This document shows, piece after piece, positions 1 through 9,315 of a stretch of DNA of 64,000 bases. Under the pieces are notes generated by a model that saw only the letters and a program-made list of their open reading frames with translations, was not told the DNA's origin and made no database searches. The position numbers and the translations under genes are program-made. The DNA is from Ostreococcus lucimarinus. Taxonomy: Eukaryota. Every line of letters begins with the position of its first letter. Positions within the stretch are counted from its first letter, which is position 1. The DNA is taken from NCBI GenBank assembly GCA_000092065.1, contig CP000583.1; one strand, 5' to 3'.

Positions 1-44
1 TGAAGTCTAGGTGCCTGGCAGCGGTTGGTTCTACATGAATTTTA

Positions 45-3000
45 CTAGGTCACGTCTACATCAGAGTCTCTACGAGCTTTTTTCCATGCCGGAGACGGAT
101 CGACGGCGTTCAATAATTCTGAATGCGCCGGTTGCTGTGACGAACGACGCTGCGACATTCGCGGAAGTTCGTTGACGTAAACGTCCAAATCTTCTTCGAT
201 TTCATCTTCTTCACGGTTGTCGTCTTCGACATAAGGATTCGGAATACCTTTTTCCATGCACTCCACCGCTTGTTTGATGACGGCGAGAACTTCAGCGTTA
301 TTCTTTTTGATCGCAGTTCTCTCGTTCGCTTTATCGACGCCGCTTTCGATGAACTTTTTCATATCATCAGCAGTGCGCGGTCTTACTTTTTGGAGTAACT
401 GCAAGAGATTCGGAGGGAATGCGACATCGAGGCTGACTGGTTTGCCCGTCTTCAGCTCTCGCGCATGAGCCATGCGCTTACGCCAAGAGGTCAAAGCTGC
501 GAACACAGCATTGCGCATGTCTTGCTCCTTCTGGTTGTCCTCGAGCGCATTCGGATTGAGCATGTCAGCCAGGAAGCCATCGACATCGGATTGCGTACCG
601 GGTTGCGTACTAGGTTGCGTGCCAATAATGACAGTTGTAGTGACCGGAACTTTCTTTCCAGCAGATGCTCGCCTCTTGGTAAACGCCATAGAAAATCTTT
701 CTCTACCCTGTTGAATCGGTTCGCAGCGGTGTCGTTCGTAGTGAATGGTTGTCACAGTCGTCGCAAATGGTCCAGCTCCTTCACTACGAACGGTTTTCTC
801 GCTCAAAAAGCCACGCAAAACCATCGCGCGCGCGATTCTTTCCGATTCGGACTTGTCCAAACCTTTGCCTGACCCATAACCAGGTAAGCGGTTGTATTGC
901 TTCTGAGTCACCGTCTTTGCGCTTGAACCTCTGAATACGTCTACGAGGAGTCCGATACCAATACCCTCTGGAGTAGATTTCACGATGCTGATAATTCCTC
1001 TAGCGTACTCGGTGATGTCTGTTTGCTCGAATTTGACCCCATTGGCTATAGCGTGACACGAGTCACACATGCCTCGACAATGCGAGCGCTCGAACCGTTC
1101 ATCGAAGTGAGCCATCAATTGTGTCCGCCGACAATCCGCCAAATTTTCACAATAAGAGACCATAGTGTTGAGGGACTCTAGATTGTTTTGAAGGACCGCC
1201 GGTTGGGCACGCTCTCTGCGAGCACTATCGATCAACATACTCCTCGCTTTCGACGCGTCGCCCCAAGAGTAAAAGAGAATACACAAACCATGATCACCGT
1301 CGCGTCCAGCACGACCGCTCTCTTGATGATATGCCTCCAGAGATTTAGGCATGCTATGATGAAACACGAATCTAACGTTTGGTTTGTTGATACCCATCCC
1401 AAACGCCACCGTAGCGCAAATAATGTTCACTTCATCTCTTTGCCACATTTCCTGATGCTTCTTCCGCACGTTGTCTGCCAAGCCTGCGTGATAAGGCACG
1501 GCCCGTAGTCGTTTAGGGAATCTCTCGCGGTCTCCCACTGATCGATCAATCTTGTTTAATTCCGTTGCAATTTTTTCGCAGTCGGCTTGACTGAAGCAAT
1601 AAATGATACCGCATTGCACACGATTGTTTCTCATCAGTTTGCGACTCACGATAAGATTTTTTATCTCGTTGACCATTTGCTTACCTTTAAGTTTCGGATG
1701 AACTTCGTACGTCAAATTGGTTCGATTGAATGTATCGAAAAATCGCAAGCACTTTGGTAAGTTTAACTGGCGAACTATGTCATCTTGAACTCTTCGAGTT
1801 GCCGTCGCCGTCAGGCACATGATTGGCGTCGTCGGGAATAAATGTTTCAAACCTCTCAGTTCGGTGTAATCCTTTCTAAAGTCATGTCCCCAAGCACTGA
1901 TACAGTGCGCTTCGTCCAACACAAAGCGATTCAGCATACCTCTCTCATATAATCTCTGCAGAGCAGTCTTTAATTTGCCACTTCGCACTACTTTTTCTGG
2001 AGTGACATATAAGAGTCGAAGCTCGGGCGTAGGTGAGCGAAGATCGTCGTATATCGTATTATCACTGTCCTTTGCAGCAGAAAGCACTGTTGCTGGAATA
2101 CCCATTTCACTCAAGTGGTGCAGCTGATCCTGTATCAATGAAATAAGCGGTGAGATGACCACCGTGATACCGGGCTTGACGACAGCCGGGAGCTGGTAGC
2201 ACAACGATTTGCCTCCGCCAGTGGGCATCAACACGAGGCAGTCTCTCGCGGCCATGGTGGCATTCACCGCGAGCAGTTGTAAACTTCGAAACGACTTCGC
2301 GTTAAACGTGTTGCGAAGAGTCTGTTCGCAGAGTTTGCTCCACTGGAAGTTGGTGTGACCCCAGTCTTTGGCGTCTCCGCCTTTCATCTGACAGTCATTC
2401 ACCACAACATTCGACCCGACATTTACGGCACCAATCCCGTTCATGGGAATCACGACGTCATCACCGATCGGTAAATCGTCGTTCCATCCTGGGAAATCGT
2501 TGGGATCGTCACCCGCGGGAGGTGCCGTCCACGCGCTCGTCGACGGCGCTCCGTACTGGGGCGGCACTTGATGCCGCGGCGCCTCAATCATTCTCGACCC
2601 GTCTACCGGCATCGAATGACTCATCATCGGCGCTGAAGGATGAAAGCTATTTCGACTTCCATCTTCACACACTCGAATGATCGTTTCCGCTTCCATTCTT
2701 TGATAAACCAGAACCTTTCTGTCACTATTCTTCAACGCCACGTCGTCGTCTTCCAATTGGAAAACAATGTTTGCTAACACAGGTCGCAGTTGCTCGATGT
2801 GTGATGCGCGGTGCGAACAAGCATGTAAAGGCACCCCATGCTCGCATCTCCAATCCGCTCCTGAACCATTCAACGGCGGCGCCTGGCATGAGATAGACGG
2901 ACCCGATGGCGGCGCGCGAGACTGTTCCAAAACGCGCGCGCGTGGCGCGCTCATCGGTGCCGGCGTCATCGCTTGCCGCGCGGGAATCGGCGCCATCTGC

Positions 3001-3512
3001 AAGCTCACCGTTACGCTAGAATTCACCGCGTTCAACGAACCCGAGCGTTTGTGCATCATCACCTGTTCCACGTCAATATCCGCCATGATATCGTCGTCGT
3101 CGTCGTCAAACATCAACTCGTCCGCCGTCGAGTTTGCCACGGAAATCGGCGCCGATTTCTCCCCCACATTCCCCTTCCCCGTCTCAACGTTCGCTCGAGC
3201 TGGAACAAGTACACGTTCTCGAATCGTCTCGTTCCCGGATTTCCCATCTCGAACGCTCGATCGACGCGTTCCCGGATCTGGAAGGTTCAAACGCGCGTAC
3301 GGCGTTTTCAAAAAATCAATCACGCTCTGCAATCCTCGATCGTTCAGCGTCGCCGGCGCGAACGCCCCGTCGTCCACGCGCATCCACACTCGCGCATCGC
3401 TCGACGTCGTGTCGTTCAGAGGCGCGGCGAGCGGGTTTTGTCCATCGAGCGAGTACGCGAATCCCTCGCGCGTCGTCGACGCCTCGGCCGTTCGACCGGC
3501 GTCGACGCGCAT
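45..3512 (-). CDS. ATP-dependent DNA helicase, RecQ family (BLM/Sgs1-like), with about 400 aa N-terminal extension containing an acidic D-run
   Basis: ORF 1155 aa. Walker A 'LMPTGGGKSLCYQLPAV', DEAH box 'VLDEAHCISAWGHDFR', helicase-C 'YHAGL', 'ATVAFGMGINKPNVRFVFHH'. RecQ-C zinc cluster 'CRR..C..CDSC'. C-terminal HRDC-like tail. Confidence 0.9.
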   Translation of the reverse strand: MRVDAGRTAEASTTREGFAYSLDGQNPLAAPLNDTTSSDARVWMRVDDGAFAPATLNDRGLQSVIDFLKTPYARLNLPDPGTRRSSVRDGKSGNETIRERVLVPARANVETGKGNVGEKSAPISVANSTADELMFDDDDDDIMADIDVEQVMMHKRSGSLNAVNSSVTVSLQMAPIPARQAMTPAPMSAPRARVLEQSRAPPSGPSISCQAPPLNGSGADWRCEHGVPLHACSHRASHIEQLRPVLANIVFQLEDDDVALKNSDRKVLVYQRMEAETIIRVCEDGSRNSFHPSAPMMSHSMPVDGSRMIEAPRHQVPPQYGAPSTSAWTAPPAGDDPNDFPGWNDDLPIGDDVVIPMNGIGAVNVGSNVVVNDCQMKGGDAKDWGHTNFQWSKLCEQTLRNTFNAKSFRSLQLLAVNATMAARDCLVLMPTGGGKSLCYQLPAVVKPGITVVISPLISLIQDQLHHLSEMGIPATVLSAAKDSDNTIYDDLRSPTPELRLLYVTPEKVVRSGKLKTALQRLYERGMLNRFVLDEAHCISAWGHDFRKDYTELRGLKHLFPTTPIMCLTATATRRVQDDIVRQLNLPKCLRFFDTFNRTNLTYEVHPKLKGKQMVNEIKNLIVSRKLMRNNRVQCGIIYCFSQADCEKIATELNKIDRSVGDRERFPKRLRAVPYHAGLADNVRKKHQEMWQRDEVNIICATVAFGMGINKPNVRFVFHHSMPKSLEAYHQESGRAGRDGDHGLCILFYSWGDASKARSMLIDSARRERAQPAVLQNNLESLNTMVSYCENLADCRRTQLMAHFDERFERSHCRGMCDSCHAIANGVKFEQTDITEYARGIISIVKSTPEGIGIGLLVDVFRGSSAKTVTQKQYNRLPGYGSGKGLDKSESERIARAMVLRGFLSEKTVRSEGAGPFATTVTTIHYERHRCEPIQQGRERFSMAFTKRRASAGKKVPVTTTVIIGTQPSTQPGTQSDVDGFLADMLNPNALEDNQKEQDMRNAVFAALTSWRKRMAHARELKTGKPVSLDVAFPPNLLQLLQKVRPRTADDMKKFIESGVDKANERTAIKKNNAEVLAVIKQAVECMEKGIPNPYVEDDNREEDEIEEDLDVYVNELPRMSQRRSSQQPAHSELLNAVDPSPAWKKARRDSDVDVT

Positions 3513-3780
3513 GGCGTTTCGTCCCGCGCTCGCGCGGCGACGCGCGACCGCGCGCGCGGACGATGGAAAGCTTTCGCGCTCACTCGCGCTTCATCGCCGA
3601 TCGATCGCGCGCGCGATCGGTGGTGCGACGCACTGTGACGTCTCGGCGCGGGGTGCCTCGATTGTTTTCGCGTCCGCTTTTGTGTGAACTACAAGTCTGC
3701 GAGAGTCTACGCCTCGCGCGATGTCGAGGAACGAGGATTGAAAAAAGTGGATCGTGAACCGCGGGACGGAGTCGTCGTCG

Positions 3781-4083
3781 TTAGCCTCGGTCGACGGACC
3801 CGACGACGAGATTTTCGGGGCGCTCTTTCTTCACTCTCGGGTGCGCGGACGCCACGAGGTCGCACTCGCCGCGCTGCGTGTGAATGTCGATGGTGCACCA
3901 GCCTTTACCGGCGACGCCGTACATCTTGAAGGCTGAACCGAGACCATTCGGGGGATTGGCCAACATCTTTTCGGTATTTTTCGCCTTCTCCTCGGGCGAC
4001 CACGATGTCGGATCGCCCTTGAGAATGCAGTTGTGAGCGCACGATCCAAAGACGTAGTCGATGTAACCGGGTTCTTTCGTCAA
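3781..4083 (-). CDS. hypothetical small Cys-containing protein (100 aa)
   Basis: Intact ORF 'MTKEPGYIDYVFGSCAHNCILKGDPTSW...WCTIDIHTQRGEC' with paired Cys. No family recognised. Confidence 0.3.
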   Translation of the reverse strand: MTKEPGYIDYVFGSCAHNCILKGDPTSWSPEEKAKNTEKMLANPPNGLGSAFKMYGVAGKGWCTIDIHTQRGECDLVASAHPRVKKERPENLVVGSVDRG

Positions 4084-4124
4084 ACAAAAAAAAGGGTGTC
4101 GCCTGGTCGTCCGAGTTCATTCAG

Positions 4125-5143
4125 TTACAATACGACGGCGGCGGCGGCGCGGTCAAAGTCTCGCTCCAAAGACGCGATTTTCGTCAAAGCTTCGTTCGCC
4201 ACTCCGGCCTGCTTCATGGCGTTCACGAACCTGGCCGAGGACTTGCCGAGGTGCAGCGCGCACGCGGCTAAATTCGCGAGCGTCTCGCCATCCTTCGGAT
4301 CGATGGCCACGGCTTCTAGTAAATCACGCTCGGCGTCTTCGTAACTATTCATCATCATCGAACACACCGCTGAACCATTATACAGCTTCGGCGTCCACTT
4401 GTACTTATCGCCGAGCTCTTGGTAAATGTACGAGGCGTCTTGAATCTTCTTCCCGCCGCTCGCGCAGTTCGCCCACGCGCACGCGAGCTGCGCGATGGTC
4501 GAATCGTCATCGATCTGTTGCATCATCTTCGCTTGCTTTTCCGCCAACTCCGCGCGATCCATCTTACACAGCAAGTTCACCATCATCGCGTTCAACTCCA
4601 GCGACGATCCTCCGTGACACAGCCTCATCGCCTCGACGTAATTCCCCTCTCGCGCGAGCAGCGTCGCCCCGACGAGTCGCGTCGTCGCGTCCCCAGACGC
4701 GTGTTCGTCCGCCAGCATCTCACCGATCGCCTCCATCGCGCTCTGTCTCGCCTTTTCGTCCTCGTTCGTCTCGTACAGCGCCAGCAATTTCACCGCTCGC
4801 AGCGCCGCCGGCGCGTCCTCCGCCGTCTCGCGCGCGACGATCTGTTCGTTCACCCATCGGGCGCCGTCTCGTCAGTCCTTCGTCGTCCCGGGCGCTCGCG
4901 CGCGCGATCGGCGCTCGATCGGCGCGTTCGTTTCTCCGTCCGGTCCCTTCGCGGCGTTTCGCGCGCGTCGCGTCGTCGTCGCACCTCGCCCTCGCCCATG
5001 GCGACGCGCGATCGCGCGACGAACGCGTCGCGCCTGACGGCGTCGACGCCGTCCGCGTCCGCGCACGCCCTCGCGGCGTCGACGCACTCGGCGTAGGCGC
5101 CGATGTGGAAGTAGTTCTCGCAGTGAAACAGCGCCTCGGACAT
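4125..5143 (-). CDS. COPE: coatomer subunit epsilon (epsilon-COP), 2 exons: about 5143..4985 and 4840..4125; GC-rich 144-nt intron 4984..4841
   Basis: Exon 1 'MSEALFHCENYFHIGAYAECVDAARA' matches the epsilon-COP N-terminus (human '[22 protein letters not shown]'). Exon 2 matches through the C-terminus ('IQDASYIYQELGDKY...NGSAVCSM', 'ETLANLAACALHLGK...', 'ERDFDR'). Donor GTGCGA, acceptor ACAG, phase 0. Confidence 0.8.
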
Positions 5144-5227
5144 GGCGCGGGCGCGCGCGCGGCGAAGTGCGCGGCGACCGAGGTGGCGAGGGCGTCGCAG
5201 CGCGACGCGCGCGCGAATCGCGTCGCG

Positions 5228-6175
5228 ATGCGCGCGCGCGCGCGCGACGCGAGCGACGCGAGCGACGAGGACGACGCGTCGACGTCGGACGCGCCGCGCG
5301 CGCGCGCGAGCGGACGCCGCGCGCTGGATTACGTGCGATTCGACGACGGGAACGCGCACGGAAGGGCGTTCGAGCGGTCGGCGCTGCGACGAACGATGGC
5401 GCGCGATCCGGCGTTCGATTCCATGGCGAGGCACCGGAAGGTGAAGAAGGAAATCACGGAGGCGCACGGGGCGCTCGCGCAGGTGCGGCGCGCGCTTCGG
5501 GCGGGGGGCGGGGGGGGGGAAGACGGCGGCGGCGACGGCGACGGCTTGGTTTTGGTCGAGCTGTGCTCGGGACGGGGATTCGTGTCGCTCGTGCTCGCGG
5601 ATGCGTTTCCGAAGGCGCGAATATACATGATAGATCGCGATACGACCATGGATGTGAGTCACGTCGAGACGTACGGGGGGGCGCGCATGTCGTTTCACGC
5701 GCTCGATTTACACTCGACGGCGTGCGAGGAGTTCGTCCGAGGCGTCGCGGACGACGCCGAGACGCGCGGACAGACCGTGGTTTTGGTCGGCGTGCATTTG
5801 TGTGGCACGTTATCGCATCGCGCGATCGAGCTATACGAGCGAATAGAACGCGCGGTGGCGATCGTGGTCGCCCCGTGCTGCTTGCCGCAGCGGCGACGGC
5901 ACGACGTGTTCGGTTTTCACTGCAAGGACATCGCTCGATCGATCGGTAACGGCGTCACCCCGTTCCAGTGTTGGTGCACGCAGCTTTATTTTCGATTACC
6001 GTTGACTTCGAAGCGAAACATGACCATCGATCACGACGTGCTTTCGACGCAGAACACGTTTCTCGTCGCGCGGCGTCCCCTCGATTCGGCGCTCGACGCG
6101 CTGTCCATCTCGACGCCTTTGTCGCCCTCCATCGTCCCCGGTCGTTCGTGCGCCAAATGGCGATTAGTAAAGTAA
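5228..6175 (+). CDS. SAM-dependent methyltransferase, Methyltransf_32 family (METTL25/RRNAD1-like)
   Basis: 'LVLVELCSGRGFVSLVL' (motif I), 'IYMIDRD', 'VVLVGVHLCGTLSHRAIELY', 'IVVAPCC'. Start uncertain. The first 40 codons of the track ORF (5105) are antisense to COPE exon 1, so M42 (5228) or a later Met is more likely. Confidence 0.6.
   Translation: MRARARDASDASDEDDASTSDAPRARASGRRALDYVRFDDGNAHGRAFERSALRRTMARDPAFDSMARHRKVKKEITEAHGALAQVRRALRAGGGGGEDGGGDGDGLVLVELCSGRGFVSLVLADAFPKARIYMIDRDTTMDVSHVETYGGARMSFHALDLHSTACEEFVRGVADDAETRGQTVVLVGVHLCGTLSHRAIELYERIERAVAIVVAPCCLPQRRRHDVFGFHCKDIARSIGNGVTPFQCWCTQLYFRLPLTSKRNMTIDHDVLSTQNTFLVARRPLDSALDALSISTPLSPSIVPGRSCAKWRLVK
5505..5520. repeat. G16 homopolymer inside the methyltransferase CDS (encodes a Gly run)
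   Basis: 'gggggggggggggggg' read directly from the sequence. Confidence 0.9.
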
Positions 6176-6757
6176 ATCGTAGGCTTAGCAAACTTAGCTC
6201 ACGCGTTGAAATCGACGACGCGCATTGCGTTGAAAGTCGTTCGCGCCGATCGCCAGCCCCGAACCGCCGCGATGACTCAGCCTCGCGCCGCGGAGCGCGA
6301 GACCCCCGACGGGCGACTGCATATCGCGACGCGAGCGAGCGTCGAGCGTGGACAGAAGACGGACGTAACCGTCGCGCTCGCACTTCTTTCGCGTCGACGC
6401 GAGGAGCGAGTTCACGCGCTCGATCGAAAATGTTCGCCGTAACGAACGGCGCCTCCGCGCGCGTCGCCCTCGGCGCTCGGACCAATCGCGCGGTCGAACG
6501 CCGCGTGAGAGCGGTCGCCGCGCCCGCGCGATGCGGCGCGATTGAAAACACAGCTTCGTTCACTTGTGCGCGCCGCCGTGAGGTGCGTGAAGCGCTCGAG
6601 CGATGGAAACGAAGGCGAAACGCGATCGCTGGACGTTGGGGATCGTTTGAAAACTCTGTCGACGAGGGAGGGGCGAGAGCGACGCGTGTCGGCGGTGGGG
6701 AGGACCGAGAGATGTACTGACGCGTAGAGATGATTTTTTGCAACGATACAGGAAGTC

Positions 6758-7858
6758 GTGCGATCGCGAAGATGCGTCGTGGAGGCGAGACCGGCGGCCC
6801 GCGGGAGCGTCGTGGCGAAGGCGTCGTTGTCCGACATGGACGTGAAGACGAAGACGGCGGTGTACTTTTTTCTTTGGTACTTCTTCAACATCGTGTTCAA
6901 CGTGTATAACAAGTCGACGTTGAACGTGTTTCCGTACCCGTGGCTGATCTCGACCTTGCAACTCGCGGCGACGAGTCTTTGGATGTTAACCGTGTGGGCG
7001 ACAAAGGTGCAACCGAAGCCAGTCGTGTCGAAAGTGTTCCTTTTGGCCGTCGCTCCGGTGGCTTTGTTCCACACCATCGGGCACGTTTCTGCTTGTGTGA
7101 GTTTCAGTAAGATGGCGGTATCTTTTACGCACGTCATCAAGGCTGCTGAGCCGGTTTTCTCCGTCATACTCTCTGGCCCGCTCCTCGGCCAAACGTTCGC
7201 CCCGGCGGTGTGGTACTCTTTGATCCCCATCGTCGCCGGTTGCTCGATGGCAGCCATGAAAGAGGTTAGTTTCAATATTGTTGGCTTTCAAGGCGCCATG
7301 ATCAGCAATCTCGCGATGGTTTTGCGTAACATCACGTCAAAGAAATCGTTGAACGATTTCAAGCACATCGACGGCATCAACTTGTACGGCATTCTGGGCA
7401 TCATCGGTCTCTTCTATCTCGCTCCCGCGGCGTATGTGATGGAAGGTGCTCAGTGGTCTGCTGGGTACGCCGCCGCCGTTGCCAAGGTTGGCGAGCAAAA
7501 GCTTTGGCAAATGCTCTTCTTGTCTGGCATCTTCTATCACTTGTACAACCAAGTGAGTTACCAAGCTCTCACGAACATCACCCCCGTGACTTTCAGTGTA
7601 GGCAATGCCCTCAAGCGCGTGGCCGTGATCGTTGCTTCTGTTATTTACTTCAGAAATCCGGTCTCACCTTTGAACGCGGCGGGTTCTGCATTGGCCCTGC
7701 TCGGTGCGTACTTGTACACAAAGGCTTCCGAGTCGAAGAAATCCGCAGCGGCCCCCACCGCCATGACGAAGGCAGATCGATCTTACTCTGCCTACAACGA
7801 GCAATTCATCCAGACGACTGGTTTAACTGGTTTGACGCTCGAAGAATTCGATGTGTAA
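6758..7858 (+). CDS. plastidic phosphate translocator, TPT/PPT family (triose-phosphate/phosphate translocator-like, DMT superfamily)
   Basis: 'KTAVYFFLWYFFNIVFNVYNKSTLNVFPYPWLISTLQLAA', about 8 TM segments, 'NTLKRVAVIVASVIYF'. N-terminal extension before M27 (6836). TGTAA overlaps the stop codon. Confidence 0.85.
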   Translation: MRSRRCVVEARPAARGSVVAKASLSDMDVKTKTAVYFFLWYFFNIVFNVYNKSTLNVFPYPWLISTLQLAATSLWMLTVWATKVQPKPVVSKVFLLAVAPVALFHTIGHVSACVSFSKMAVSFTHVIKAAEPVFSVILSGPLLGQTFAPAVWYSLIPIVAGCSMAAMKEVSFNIVGFQGAMISNLAMVLRNITSKKSLNDFKHIDGINLYGILGIIGLFYLAPAAYVMEGAQWSAGYAAAVAKVGEQKLWQMLFLSGIFYHLYNQVSYQALTNITPVTFSVGNALKRVAVIVASVIYFRNPVSPLNAAGSALALLGAYLYTKASESKKSAAAPTAMTKADRSYSAYNEQFIQTTGLTGLTLEEFDV

Positions 7859-7916
7859 TCCCTGACATCAATACGCCTACGCTCTTCTAATAACACAACA
7901 AGTCTAGCACCTAGTT

Positions 7917-9188
7917 CTAAATGTCTAAGCACGTGGCCGTATCATGAAACCTGAGGAGCTCCTCTTTTCGTGCAGTGTCAGGCAAGTACGTTGCGAGACC
8001 CAAGAGGATCTCCATTTCTCCATCACACAACTCATACGCCCGCGCGTAGAAAGATTTTATCGGGATATGACCCTCTTGAAAGTCCCTCGCCGCGGTACGA
8101 AGCTCCATGTAAGCCGTTTCGCCAATGCGGTGCATCGCCTCTAATGCCAGCTTTGCGCTCGTCTCCGGAGCTTTACCTCGCGTCGGCTGTGAATCACGCT
8201 TTGCACTCCCTCGCTGATTCGACTCTATTGTCGCTTGCTTTTCGAAGAACTGCCGTATGAGTTGAGAGACTTCACCGTTTCCGGTCACGAGTTCGTTATG
8301 AGGCTTCGTGATCTCGCACGACTTCTCAGACGTAGTTTCAGCATTTTCAGCATCATTTGTAGCCTCTCGTGTCGTTTCGGTGACTTTTCCACCGCCGTTG
8401 CGACTATTTATGCTTCGCCGACGCCCCCAGGCGATGATGGAAAATCGCGGGTCGTTGTTTGATTTTGCCTTTGGCACGCCGTGTTTGAACCTTTTATTCA
8501 CCTCAGACGTGAAGGCAAACACGTCACCGTTGTTCTGAGGAAACGTAAACGTATTTCCACTCGGTTCGTGCAAGAAAATCAATTCTCGCGATCCACCGAA
8601 CGAGGCTCCCATCGTGAAATCTTCGCGTTGCGCTCGACCGCCGTACGCGTGCGAGTCGTGATGAAACGGTTTCCAGTCCGTCCCGTCTCGATAAAAATTC
8701 ATTCTCGTCGCGTACACTTCGACGTCGAAATAATCCGCCATCGCATCGACGACTCTCTGAAACGTTTCCGAAAAATCTGGGTTCTCGTGTTTCAGATGCT
8801 TCGACCAGTTCACCATGCCGCCGAGCTCCGCCGCGCGCTCCATCTCCCGCGCCAAATTCGCCAGCACGGAATAGTCGCGCGCCGAGGCGTGAAAATTCTG
8901 CAAGTAAATCGCGTTCCCGCTCAGCACGGACTCGAAATCGGCGAGCAGCCGCCCGTCCACCATCGCCGCTTCGCTTCGCAGCGCGCCTCGCGCGAACCGA
9001 AGCGCGTCGTTCTTCGCCCTCGTCCCCTCCCCGTCCTCGCCCTCGCGCTTCTTCACGAACCTCGGCGCGGACGCGGACGCCATGTTCGCGCCTTCGACCG
9101 CGTCCCGCGCGCGCCGTCGCCGCGTCGCGCTGCGCGGCGTCGCGCCCCGTCGCCGCGCGCGTCCCCGCCCGCGCCGAGCGCGCGACAT
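7917..9188 (-). CDS. 2OG-Fe(II) oxygenase, AlkB-like (putative nucleic-acid demethylase), with Arg-rich N-terminus and unrecognised C-terminal domain
   Basis: 'KPFHHDSH' (HxD), 'FTMGASFGGSRELIF', 'GDVFAFTSEVNKRFKHGVP' (distal His and Arg). Confidence 0.6.
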   Translation of the reverse strand: MSRARRGRGRARRRGATPRSATRRRRARDAVEGANMASASAPRFVKKREGEDGEGTRAKNDALRFARGALRSEAAMVDGRLLADFESVLSGNAIYLQNFHASARDYSVLANLAREMERAAELGGMVNWSKHLKHENPDFSETFQRVVDAMADYFDVEVYATRMNFYRDGTDWKPFHHDSHAYGGRAQREDFTMGASFGGSRELIFLHEPSGNTFTFPQNNGDVFAFTSEVNKRFKHGVPKAKSNNDPRFSIIAWGRRRSINSRNGGGKVTETTREATNDAENAETTSEKSCEITKPHNELVTGNGEVSQLIRQFFEKQATIESNQRGSAKRDSQPTRGKAPETSAKLALEAMHRIGETAYMELRTAARDFQEGHIPIKSFYARAYELCDGEMEILLGLATYLPDTARKEELLRFHDTATCLDI

Positions 9189-9202
9189 CGCGCCGCGTAC
9201 TT

Positions 9203-9310
9203 CATGTGAAAAAGGTCCATCAACAGCGTCACGTAGTTCATATGAAAAAGGTCCATCGACAGCGTCACGTAGTTCATATGAAAAAGGTCGATCAACCGCA
9301 ACACGCAGTT
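9203..9310. repeat. 36-bp tandem minisatellite x3 (third copy degenerate), AT-richer than flanks, in a divergent intergenic region
   Basis: 'catRtgaaaaaggtccatcRacagcgtcacgtagtt' repeated. Produces the artefact ORF 9053..9304 (MDLFHMNYVTL x3). Confidence 0.85.
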
Positions 9311-9315
9311 AATAA

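Noticed and set aside
4841-4984. Idea that the GC-rich introns of COPE, the Stm1-like gene and HEI10 are copies of one 'introner' mobile element
   Set aside because: The shared strings (GTGCG at the 5' end, CTGACGA near the 3' end) are the donor and branch-point consensus, which the AT-rich VPS34 introns also show. The rest does not align convincingly.
4850-5698. 282-codon ORF (and 5167..5949, 5142..5444 and similar) rich in Arg/Ala overlapping COPE exon 1 and the methyltransferase 5' end
   Set aside because: Low-complexity translation of >75% GC sequence with no stop codons. The same DNA is explained by COPE exon 1, whose N-terminus matches epsilon-COP, and by the methyltransferase gene.
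9053-9304. 83-codon ORF encoding MDLFHMNYVTL repeats
   Set aside because: It is the translation of the 36-bp intergenic tandem repeat and runs into Arg-rich junk.
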